DNA of 64,000 bases, from positions 62,001 through 126,000 of IMG/VR virus record IMGVR_UViG_3300019458_000020; one strand, given 5' to 3'. Below, in pieces: positions 47,591-57,005 of this stretch. Position 1 is the first letter of the stretch; every line of letters begins with the position of its first letter. A model generated the notes under the pieces. It had not been told where the DNA came from. It was given only the letters and a program-made list of their open reading frames with translations, and made no database searches. The translations under genes and the position numbers were made by a program.

Positions 47591-49198
47591 TTACAACAAC
47601 CAGTCTAATTTTTCTATTTCATCCGGCCCTTTTCCTATTTTCATCTGCCAATATTTTTGGGCCGCACCAGTAGAGTTAGAAGTATAAATAGGGGAAGAAT
47701 TATCAGGTTTCTGTGGTACACCTATGGTATCTAACATTTTTTTAGTTAAATAGATACCTTCCTGTCTTAATTTTAAAGCCGTATCTCTTACCCAAAGACC
47801 TAACCCCAAAGACAGAACTAAATCGTCGTTATAATTGTCCGCTGCTTGAGCTTTACCGTTCTTCCAAATAAACGTCTTTAATTCGTTTATCGTTCTTATA
47901 GAGTGAATTTTTATCGCCTTTTCTCTAAAGTATGCTTCCAATTTAGAAATAACCAACGGTCGTGTCGATATTGTCGTCGAAAAACCAGGCAACAACTTTT
48001 TATCCTCACTGTAATATTTGGTCTTCAACTGACGTTCTACTTCGATGTATTTTAAGTCTGCTGAACAATAAAAGGTATTTTGATATTTTCTATCAACAAT
48101 TTGTTGTAATACCGCCCATCCTATATTTTCTCTTTCAACAATAAGCAACGCATCGTTATACTCTGTAGCCAAATTTACCAAAGAATTACCATAATCTTTT
48201 GTTCCTGGCTGGTCAACGTATTCAGCTACTTGTTCCAATGATTCCAAATCTAATACATGAAATGCACTATAATCTAATCCGTCACCACGAGCAACGTCAG
48301 CACACACGATATAATCTTTGGAATAATCAGGAGGAGCAAATACCCACAATCCGCCGCCCAAGCGAATCTCCAATGGGTCACGAACTAAATTCTCTTCATA
48401 CCATTTTAGAATATTCAAATCAACCACGTTTGTACCAGATGTCAAAAAGTCGCAATCACATTCTTGGTTTGCATCTTTTTCTCCGAGATTTTTAGTTTGT
48501 AAATCTCTCCAAGCCTGATCTCGTTCAGGATGTAAATGCCAAGGAAGGGTTATAGTTTTAAAATCATTCTTTTTCTTCTCGGCTTCTATCCACATTTTAT
48601 GAAACCAATTACCAACACCATTTGGTGTAGATAATACGATTGCATTTCCACCGGTAGATAGGGTTGATTGTGCAGAAGTCCAAATATCATCAGCACAATC
48701 TATGAATGCGGCTTCGTCCAAAACTAGAAGACTCAGTGCCATAGAACGTCCCGCATCACTAGAAGATGATGTAGCTTTGATTGCTGACCCATTCTTTAAT
48801 CGTAATGAAAGTCTATTATCTTCAGTAGCCACTACTTTTAACCAAGAAGGAAGATGGTCATTAGCAAATCTAACCTTGGTTACTATTTCTTTGGAAACTT
48901 CTTGTTTAATGGAAATAATCAAGACGTTTTTATCTTGATGAAATATCATTAACCAAAGAGAATATGCAGCGACCAAAGTCGTTATACCCATTTGACGAGA
49001 TTTCAATACGAGATTGAATCGATTATCACAAAAGGTTTGTAGTGTGTCTTCTTGGAATGGGTATAGTTCAAATGGAATGGTTCCCCTATGTGGATGTTGA
49101 ATCTTAACATACTTCTTCATGAAGTAAATTGGGTCTAACAGACATTTCTTGTATTCTTCCTTAATTATGTCTCTAAGATTTGGTTGACCATTAGCCAT
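47591..49198 (-). CDS. gp17: terminase large subunit (T4 gp17 family)
   Basis: DPIYF, FELYPFQ, LKSRQMGITT, LVLDEAAF, LSTPNG, QECDCDF, ADVARGDGLDYS, NDDLV; likely start 49198. Confidence 0.95.
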   Translation of the reverse strand: MANGQPNLRDIIKEEYKKCLLDPIYFMKKYVKIQHPHRGTIPFELYPFQEDTLQTFCDNRFNLVLKSRQMGITTLVAAYSLWLMIFHQDKNVLIISIKQEVSKEIVTKVRFANDHLPSWLKVVATEDNRLSLRLKNGSAIKATSSSSDAGRSMALSLLVLDEAAFIDCADDIWTSAQSTLSTGGNAIVLSTPNGVGNWFHKMWIEAEKKKNDFKTITLPWHLHPERDQAWRDLQTKNLGEKDANQECDCDFLTSGTNVVDLNILKWYEENLVRDPLEIRLGGGLWVFAPPDYSKDYIVCADVARGDGLDYSAFHVLDLESLEQVAEYVDQPGTKDYGNSLVNLATEYNDALLIVERENIGWAVLQQIVDRKYQNTFYCSADLKYIEVERQLKTKYYSEDKKLLPGFSTTISTRPLVISKLEAYFREKAIKIHSIRTINELKTFIWKNGKAQAADNYNDDLVLSLGLGLWVRDTALKLRQEGIYLTKKMLDTIGVPQKPDNSSPIYTSNSTGAAQKYWQMKIGKGPDEIEKLDWLL

Positions 49199-49203
49199 AA
49201 GTT

Positions 49204-50160
49204 TTAATATTCTATTGCACCAATCATCATATACCACTCGTCGCCATATTTATCTAAATTTTTACGAACCGTGGATGGTCTATATTTCACCCACTTTTCA
49301 TTCATTTGTTGATAAATATAAACCCATTGTATGTGATTTGGTAATATAGTTCCGCTATATCCGAACTTACCCAGTTCTTTAGACAATGACAGTGGTTTCA
49401 TTTCGGATGTATCGTCTTCTGACCTATCAGATGGGTGGTCATAATATTTTTGATGTTTAGATGTTATTTCTGCATCATAATCAGGAGCAATCAAACTTTT
49501 ATCTGGTATAGAAATTTGGAGGATTACTTGTCCTCCGCCGTGGTTATGGACTGCTTGAGACGAATAAAATTTTGATTGGTCAAATCTAGCGGCAAAGAAA
49601 ATTTCGTTATAGTGTTCAACTCCCCTGTCACCAAAATTTCCTCCTGTCTGTGCAGGCCTCAATCCCTTTTTCAAAATTCCATCAAGAAATTCTGTACTAG
49701 TTCCATGAAACCCAATAGACGGAACTTCTCCTGTTATCTTTTTCTTGGCCAAATTAATTGTTTCGGAATCCTCATCATCACTTTTACTAACTTGTTTTAT
49801 TCCCAAATCTTTTACAATTTTCCTGATGATAATAGACGTAGATGGATTTGATTTATCAATACCATGAACGAATAATCTTTTATTTTTTTTGTCTAAATCG
49901 CCGGTTACTACATCCGGAGGAAGTTCTCCGGAAAGACTTACAATATCATAAACACTTTCAGCAGACTCTAGTGATTCTTTGGAATATTTACTCTTTTGAA
50001 TATATGGATGTTGACGTAGGTGGGCCTTCAACTCCGATATATCACTGTCAGTATCCAAGATAAACAATTTGTCTTTCCAAACGACAACAACGGAGTGTTC
50101 TTTTCCGGTCGTCAAGTCTTTGACAATGTATTCTTGTAATAATGACTTCAAACGTATCAT
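49204..50160 (-). CDS. MIRLK-leader protein with ADP-ribosyltransferase-like domain
   Basis: Likely start 50160 (MIRLKSLLQE); GFHGTS...ILKKGLRP...IFFAA...YSGTILP. Confidence 0.65.
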   Translation of the reverse strand: MIRLKSLLQEYIVKDLTTGKEHSVVVVWKDKLFILDTDSDISELKAHLRQHPYIQKSKYSKESLESAESVYDIVSLSGELPPDVVTGDLDKKNKRLFVHGIDKSNPSTSIIIRKIVKDLGIKQVSKSDDEDSETINLAKKKITGEVPSIGFHGTSTEFLDGILKKGLRPAQTGGNFGDRGVEHYNEIFFAARFDQSKFYSSQAVHNHGGGQVILQISIPDKSLIAPDYDAEITSKHQKYYDHPSDRSEDDTSEMKPLSLSKELGKFGYSGTILPNHIQWVYIYQQMNEKWVKYRPSTVRKNLDKYGDEWYMMIGAIEY

Positions 50161-50161
50161 A

Positions 50162-50761
50162 TTATTTTCCCAATTTTGATAGTGCCTCTTCCAGTTGTTC
50201 AATTCCCTCGTTGACTTTTACTAAATCTGATTTTGCTGATTCCAAAAGAACCTCCAATGGGTCGGCTTCCCAAGTTGTTATACTTCCATCGGCGTGAACT
50301 ATTTCCGTTTTGGTGTCACTCTTTTTAGAAAGAACCTCCAACGTTTCTTCTATATGTTTCTTCATGTCTTTTAAATAAGACAACTGATTAGACCAAACAA
50401 CTTTCTGTTCATATTCCTTTATACCACCGTTTATTCTTAATTTGGTGTGATCGTCTATCATACAATCATAACATTTGCCTGTTTTACCAAATACTTTTTC
50501 GTCATATCTGTCACCACACAAATGAACATCTTTTTTACAAATAGAACAAACCTGTTTCAACATGTCACGAATGGATTCAACTTGAACATTGATTCTAGCC
50601 TTGTAGCCCTTTCTTTGTTCCCACGTAATTCCTTTTACGTCAGTCCATCGTTCGCCAACCTTCCTTTGAACTTCGGTTGGTTTGTAACCCATTTGTATGA
50701 ACGGCTGTTCATCATTTAAAATTTGACTAATTGATTCTTTATTCCAACGTCTGCGAGCCAT
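50162..50761 (-). CDS. hypothetical protein (CxxC pairs, coiled coil)
   Basis: RKVGERWTD.KG.TWEQRKGYK, CSIC, KCYDC. Confidence 0.55.
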   Translation of the reverse strand: MARRRWNKESISQILNDEQPFIQMGYKPTEVQRKVGERWTDVKGITWEQRKGYKARINVQVESIRDMLKQVCSICKKDVHLCGDRYDEKVFGKTGKCYDCMIDDHTKLRINGGIKEYEQKVVWSNQLSYLKDMKKHIEETLEVLSKKSDTKTEIVHADGSITTWEADPLEVLLESAKSDLVKVNEGIEQLEEALSKLGK

Positions 50762-50765
50762 AACA

Positions 50766-51416
50766 TTATACCTTTCCTAAACAAATCCACCTTTTACAAT
50801 TATTTACTTTTTTATTACACAGCCTATAAACAAAAGACCTATCAATTCCATATTCGTCCGCAAATTTAAATTTTGGAAGATGAATAGACACTCCCGTTTC
50901 AATATTTAAAAATTTATAATATCCAGAAAATCGTCCACCATTTCCATTTTTAAGTTTTCCAAATTTTCCCCATAATATTTCTTTTACTTTTTGTTTATGT
51001 ATTTGAGATTTTGGTTTACCTTTCAATGATAAGGATATTTTCTTTTTTGTTTCTATATCCAACTTTCTTCCTATAAGAGATTTTGATATTTTGTTTCTTG
51101 TTTCTTGTGTTACAATTCTTCCTTTTGGACTCCCAGCAATTTTATATAAATTATATTCAGGAAGAAGAGTATTCAAATAATGTTGTTCTTTTATTAAACA
51201 TTGACCTTTATTACATAACTCCAAAATTTCAAAAGAAAAATTTTTTTCTCCATATTTGTTCCATGCTCTCTGTAAATGTTTGTTAATATGAGTATTTTTT
51301 CTTAATTGATTTCTATGTTTTCTCCATCTTCCTTGTATCCCGGTTTTATAAGAAGAACTACCAATATATAAATGATTATTTAATATATTTCTTATTTGAT
51401 ATACTCCTGTATTCAT
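50766..51416 (-). mobile_element. GIY-YIG homing endonuclease
   Basis: TGVYQIRNILNNHLYIGSS; HINKHLQRAWNKYG; paralog of 4564-5298 (shared FSG.Y.F and W.CLGK). Confidence 0.9.
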
Positions 51417-51467
51417 AACAATTAGTTCTTATTTACATAGTAATTTGTTTTTCGGTTCACAAATATA

Positions 51468-53756
51468 TTAATTGCTTCCGTCATCCGTCTGTTTTGTATT
51501 TCCTAAGAAATATACTAACCTTCCATGACCGGAATCATATTCCGACGCAATAGATTTTCTTGTTTTTATAAAATTATCAAATAGAACGGCGTTTTGGTCA
51601 TCGGACCCTGTTGATACGAACAAATATTCATCATTGTGTGTAACGTCTGCTAATTTAGACAAACAAATAACTCCTGTTGTTGCCCTCCATCTTGTAAATC
51701 TACTTCCACTTATATTAAAACCAGAACCAGTACATGCGGTAATATTTGGAATGAAAAGGTTATTCTGCTGAATAACAATATCTCCGGTCTGAACAAATAT
51801 ACTTTTTGATACCACCAATTTTCCAGCAACAAATAAATCGCCTGGTTCAGAAGAACCGCTTCCGATAAAAGGAATTAGAGATTCACCCGACGCATCAAAA
51901 CTTTGAAATACTTCAAGATTTGAATATACCAATGCTGAATTGACATCAAATAATTCGGACCTGATTTCAAAATTTTCATTAGCAACAGATATACCCCAAG
52001 GAATTCTTGTCGTATAAGAATCCGGAGAAACACCATCATCACCGAATGTTCTAAAAGATAAATCTTGAAGAGTGACCTTACATTTATACGGAACCACTAC
52101 CATTGTTCCGTTCATATCTTGTTGTGGAGTATAAAAAAATAATTGATTTGGTAAATTCTTCGTTGGTCCCAAATTCGACGCACTAACTTCTGCTAATTTT
52201 ACTCCGAATGTGGAAGAGAATCCCTGTTCTTTTGGAATCGTTGCTGTAGAACCTGTCAAGTAAAAGGAAACCCTTGCATCTATGTCTGTAGGATTCTTTT
52301 CTATAAAAATGTTGCCGGCCAAGAGATATTTAACATCTTGTTTTAATGAGATAAAATTAGAATCATAGGATGAACCAGATGTACTGTTGAATTCTAATAA
52401 ATTGAATGGGACATACTGTGCATTTCTATTAGTAGTCGTGGAATCACACTTGACCATGACATAAGACATTCCATCAACCGTTGACGGGTCGTTGGAATCT
52501 ATTTTCATGGAGTTAATATATTTATCGGGGGTATGGGTTAGAAATATGTTATTTGAGCTGGTAAACCAATACCTATTCATGTGTATTTTGTTATAAAATA
52601 CACCCAATTTATCGTAAGAAATATTTTTTGTATTATTGTCTATCAATAATTCATTTGGTAATATTGGTTCATCTAATATAAGTTCGAATCCTCTCTTTTG
52701 AAACAAACTTTTTCGATATACTTTATGTCTTGCAACGAAACCAGAAAAGGTTCTAAGGTTTCTGTATGTAATATCTGCATAAGATGCTTTGATGGTTACG
52801 GTATTTCCGGCAAAACTTGTTGTGAGATAGGTAGTCGGTAAAGAATTATAACCTATAAATGGATACGTGATGGCAAAAGACCCGCTTGTGATGTTCGCAA
52901 CCAAATTATTTCCGTGACTATCTACATAAGAAAATGGGTCCAGTAACTTTAAAGTATGATTAGTTACTACATCTTTTATAGCAAATGATTGTGTTAATGG
53001 AGGGTTAAATGATAATTCTCTATTAGAGAATGGTTCCGAAATTTTATTGATAGATAGAGCGATGTTGGACTTTAACATCTGTGTGTTGAATGATGCACTA
53101 TTATCAGTATTTGCATTTATTGTTGTGCTTACATTTTCAATTTGGTAATTTATATCAACCGATCTTCGATTAACGGAATTGACCAATGTATCTCTTTGAG
53201 GATTTAAAGCAAATCCATTAAATAATCCTGAGAATAATAATTGAGAATTTTCAGAATTATCTGCGGTATCAAATTGAGGTAACAAAACAGAAGTAACCTC
53301 CAACGCCGGCCTTTGATAAAATCGAACCTTCGAGTCGTTCCTTTTAGTTTTATCAATGGTTATATTACTTACCCATCTAACTGACCTTCCATCGATTAAT
53401 GTTCCGAATAGTATCAATTTTCCTGGACCAGAAACGGTATCTCCAAAGACCTGAATTGATACGATTTGGGCATTTCCTTCCTTATATACTGAAAATTTTG
53501 GAGAATTTGATGTTTTAGCCATTTCCAAGAATAAAGCGTTTCCACTTGGGTCTAAGCATTCGACGAGTATTTCACTACCAGGTTTTAAAAAATTTGACCC
53601 ATTTATAGAAAATGAATTTTTTCCTGGCCCAAAGGTAGGATTAAAATTCGAGACTACAAAATATTTGGAAAGATACGACGTATCAACAATATCCACCTGT
53701 CGGGTGAGTAAATCGTATTTATTACCTTGTTTTCCGAAACTATCAAATAGGTTCAT
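51468..53756 (-). CDS. virion structural protein (baseplate/tail-associated)
   Basis: Beta-rich; GKNSFSING...EILVECLD; likely start 53756 after TATTTAT. Confidence 0.55.
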   Translation of the reverse strand: MNLFDSFGKQGNKYDLLTRQVDIVDTSYLSKYFVVSNFNPTFGPGKNSFSINGSNFLKPGSEILVECLDPSGNALFLEMAKTSNSPKFSVYKEGNAQIVSIQVFGDTVSGPGKLILFGTLIDGRSVRWVSNITIDKTKRNDSKVRFYQRPALEVTSVLLPQFDTADNSENSQLLFSGLFNGFALNPQRDTLVNSVNRRSVDINYQIENVSTTINANTDNSASFNTQMLKSNIALSINKISEPFSNRELSFNPPLTQSFAIKDVVTNHTLKLLDPFSYVDSHGNNLVANITSGSFAITYPFIGYNSLPTTYLTTSFAGNTVTIKASYADITYRNLRTFSGFVARHKVYRKSLFQKRGFELILDEPILPNELLIDNNTKNISYDKLGVFYNKIHMNRYWFTSSNNIFLTHTPDKYINSMKIDSNDPSTVDGMSYVMVKCDSTTTNRNAQYVPFNLLEFNSTSGSSYDSNFISLKQDVKYLLAGNIFIEKNPTDIDARVSFYLTGSTATIPKEQGFSSTFGVKLAEVSASNLGPTKNLPNQLFFYTPQQDMNGTMVVVPYKCKVTLQDLSFRTFGDDGVSPDSYTTRIPWGISVANENFEIRSELFDVNSALVYSNLEVFQSFDASGESLIPFIGSGSSEPGDLFVAGKLVVSKSIFVQTGDIVIQQNNLFIPNITACTGSGFNISGSRFTRWRATTGVICLSKLADVTHNDEYLFVSTGSDDQNAVLFDNFIKTRKSIASEYDSGHGRLVYFLGNTKQTDDGSN

Positions 53757-53784
53757 ATTGATAAATATGAACACTTACCGAAGT

Positions 53785-56700
53785 TTACTCAAATTTGACC
53801 GTCGAAAAACCGTTCTCCTTCTTTATTTCCAAGTGGTTATCTACCATATCTCTTAACGCATCCAAATGAGATACGATTATTATAAAATCGAAACTGTGTT
53901 TTAGATATGAAAACAAAATTTGAACCGATGGAAGATTTGCAGAATCGATGACACCGAACCCTTCATCAATTACCATGAAGTTCGGACGAGGTAAATTAGA
54001 AATATTTATCAATGCAACTCTAATTGCCAAGGATAAAACAAACTTTTCGAATCCACTGGTAAGACCCATAGGCCATTTCTTTTCATCATATACGATATAA
54101 GGGACCACATTCTTACCATCCATTTCAATCTTTGCAGTAAAATCGACAATTTGACTAAGAATGGTATTAATCTCACCCTCAATTTGTGGAATTGTATCAG
54201 AAATGATTTCGTATGGTACACCATCTCTACTAACAGACTTAACATATAGTTCGTATGCTTTGAATTCGGATTCCGTTTTTTCGGCATTAGCAATCTTCGT
54301 GTTTATTTCTTCGATTTGATTCTTATACACAGACATTTTACCATTTAAATCGAGAAGTAATTTGTTTTTTGACTTAATTTCTATATCCAAGTTCTTTATC
54401 TCTAACTTTAAGGTTTCAATTTCATTATTAACCAAATCATTATTTTGAAGAGATTGTTCGTTTTGAAGATACAATGCAATATTTTTGTCGGCATCCTTCA
54501 ACTTCTCACTATAAATCGATAGATTCGATTCTAATCTAACTATTTTATCTGTGACTGTGGTTATTTCGTTGTTCTTTTTATTTCGATTTTCTAATAGTTC
54601 ATTGTAATCATCTTGAGCTTGTTCCGACCAAGATAATTTCTCAACATTTTCTTTGATTTCATTGAGTTGTTTCACTAATTCGTCTGCCTCATTCTTATCT
54701 ATCTTTAGATTTTGATGTGCCGAAGCAGCTTCCTGAACAATAACGTCTGCATTTTTTATACAAAATTCACAATCTGGATTAAATTCATATCCCTTTGCTT
54801 TGTTTATTTTTTCAAATTTATGAGACACTTCTATTTTTTTCTTTTCAATTCGGCTTCGAATAAAATCTCTTTGTTTACACAAGGATTGAAACTCTTTATA
54901 TGATTCCTGAATGTTTTTTGCTGCTAATTCATCTACATTCTTGCTTATTACACTTAATTCTGACCGAAGAGTGTCTAATTTTGATTTTCCGTTCTGTATA
55001 TCTCTTTCTAAAGTCTGTATATTTGATTCGGCAGAAGATTTATTAGTCTTTGACGTATGAATCGGTGGAATTTTTTCGTCTAACCTAATCAATTTAGAAC
55101 TGACGGTTATTACTTCTTGTTGTATTTCTAATTGTCTTTGAGACATCTTTGTAACCTGTGAAGTGTAGTCATTAAATGCACTCTCCGACTGAGATAACGC
55201 ATTAGTAGTATCTACTAACTTCTGTGTAAAGTCATCATTTTTGTATTGTTTTCTTTGAATCGATAATTCCTTGAGTGTTTCTGCAGCGGTAGTATGTAAT
55301 TTATCAAATACATCCAATCCCATAAATTGTGCCAATAAGTCTTTCCTTTCGGTGTGTCCCATGTCTATAAAAGACCCAGCATTCTTTGTATTTTGAACGC
55401 TTAATGTGGTCAAAACAAAGTCTTCATAAGTACCTAAATATTCTCTGATTAATTTGCCTGTATCCCTCCGGTCATCTTCATTCAAATCAACTCGTTTATC
55501 ATTGACCGTTTTCCAAAATTCAACATCTACCTTGGCATTACCTTTTTTATCCAACTTGGCAGACTTCTCAATAAAGAAATCCACACCATCTATTTCAAAG
55601 TTGAACTTACATCTAAAGTTCATTTTTTGAACATTTATGATATTTGATGCTTTGAATTCTCTATCACATTTATCAAAAATACAAAATGAAAGAGCAGATA
55701 GCAATGTGGATTTACCGGATGTATTTGGAGCAAAAAGACCAACTACATCGTGAAGTTTAGTAAAATCGATAACATTCTCTTCTCCATAAGAGAACATATT
55801 ATCCCATTCAAATCGTTTTGCTTTCCAACGAATATTCTTGGAACAATCCTCCTTATTAATAATCTGATTAGTAGATTCGCTGATTTTTAACACCTTATTT
55901 ATTAATTCTTCATCTATTTCTTCGTGTTTTGTTTTTAGATACTGAGTAATAAGTTCGTTTTGATATGTGTGTGTCGATAGGTCTTTTAGAGAAATATTTC
56001 CTCCTGTCAACGGTTGTTTTACAACAGTATTGGTAGGAATATCCATTCTAATATATGACACTTCAACTACTTCGGTAAGTAACCTAATACCTGTTAATAC
56101 CGCCTTTACTTCGGTCGGCACACTCTCAAAACACTGCATTCTTAAACGTGTCTTTTTTGGAATATCAGCAAGGTCAGTATCAAGAACACCTTTATTAACT
56201 TGAACCGTAAAATATCCATAATCATTTGGAATTTCTATGTGAGTATATTTTCTTTTATTTAAATCCCACAATGATAATCCATGTTGATGTAAAGATTCTC
56301 CGTGATTTTGTTGAACTAAAGACCCACAATAATGAACAAAAGGTTTTCTTTCGGCGTCATTATATTCTTGTAAGTCTTGTTTCATGTGAATATCGCCCAG
56401 TAAAGCTAAATCATGACCATCAAATATGGTTACAGGAAAAGAAGTATTAACTATTTTGTATCCAAGATAGGTATTGGAATTATGTACCGCACCATGAAAT
56501 AGAACAATGAAATAGTCGTGTTGATTTCGATAGATACTTGGGATATCCGGTCCCTGTATGTATTTATCAGGGCCATCAAAAACACTATAATTGTTGAATA
56601 GAATATTTCCAATGGAATACAAACCCGATGATTTTAAGTAAAACAAATGGTCCTGCTTCATTGCATCAATGATTGGCGATAGACTGTCTAAACGACTTTT

Positions 56701-57000
56701 ATTGCTTAAATTAGTATCATGATTTCCCGCAGTCAAAATTGTAGGTCTTAGTTTAGCCAGAGATTGAAGGAAATCTTTTGCTTCCTGAACACATTCCGGA
56801 CTCAAATCCAATTTACTATGAACTACGTCACCAACTACACAAATTAAAGTGGATGATGGAGATTTCTTAATCTCTTCATAAAGATTTTCAAACACCACTT
56901 TATATTCATCATGCCGTTGTGTTAATCGAATATGAATATCGGCAATATGAATAATGTGAGTGAATTTCTGAATAGGAGAATGTAAAATTTGTATGGACAT
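53785..57000 (-). CDS. fused SbcD/Mre11 nuclease - SbcC/Rad50 ATPase (gp47-gp46 fusion)
   Basis: HIADIH, VGDVVH, AGNHD, LLGDIH, YCGSLVQQN (metallophosphoesterase); WDNMFSYG, APNTSGKST, CEFC hook, TSGFE, IDEGFG, IIVSH (Rad50). Confidence 0.9.
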   Translation of the reverse strand: MSIQILHSPIQKFTHIIHIADIHIRLTQRHDEYKVVFENLYEEIKKSPSSTLICVVGDVVHSKLDLSPECVQEAKDFLQSLAKLRPTILTAGNHDTNLSNKSRLDSLSPIIDAMKQDHLFYLKSSGLYSIGNILFNNYSVFDGPDKYIQGPDIPSIYRNQHDYFIVLFHGAVHNSNTYLGYKIVNTSFPVTIFDGHDLALLGDIHMKQDLQEYNDAERKPFVHYCGSLVQQNHGESLHQHGLSLWDLNKRKYTHIEIPNDYGYFTVQVNKGVLDTDLADIPKKTRLRMQCFESVPTEVKAVLTGIRLLTEVVEVSYIRMDIPTNTVVKQPLTGGNISLKDLSTHTYQNELITQYLKTKHEEIDEELINKVLKISESTNQIINKEDCSKNIRWKAKRFEWDNMFSYGEENVIDFTKLHDVVGLFAPNTSGKSTLLSALSFCIFDKCDREFKASNIINVQKMNFRCKFNFEIDGVDFFIEKSAKLDKKGNAKVDVEFWKTVNDKRVDLNEDDRRDTGKLIREYLGTYEDFVLTTLSVQNTKNAGSFIDMGHTERKDLLAQFMGLDVFDKLHTTAAETLKELSIQRKQYKNDDFTQKLVDTTNALSQSESAFNDYTSQVTKMSQRQLEIQQEVITVSSKLIRLDEKIPPIHTSKTNKSSAESNIQTLERDIQNGKSKLDTLRSELSVISKNVDELAAKNIQESYKEFQSLCKQRDFIRSRIEKKKIEVSHKFEKINKAKGYEFNPDCEFCIKNADVIVQEAASAHQNLKIDKNEADELVKQLNEIKENVEKLSWSEQAQDDYNELLENRNKKNNEITTVTDKIVRLESNLSIYSEKLKDADKNIALYLQNEQSLQNNDLVNNEIETLKLEIKNLDIEIKSKNKLLLDLNGKMSVYKNQIEEINTKIANAEKTESEFKAYELYVKSVSRDGVPYEIISDTIPQIEGEINTILSQIVDFTAKIEMDGKNVVPYIVYDEKKWPMGLTSGFEKFVLSLAIRVALINISNLPRPNFMVIDEGFGVIDSANLPSVQILFSYLKHSFDFIIIVSHLDALRDMVDNHLEIKKENGFSTVKFE

Positions 57001-57005
57001 ATCAA

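Noticed and set aside
50162-50761. Terminase small subunit
   Set aside because: Position near the large subunit is suggestive, but no recognisable gp16 motif; left as hypothetical.
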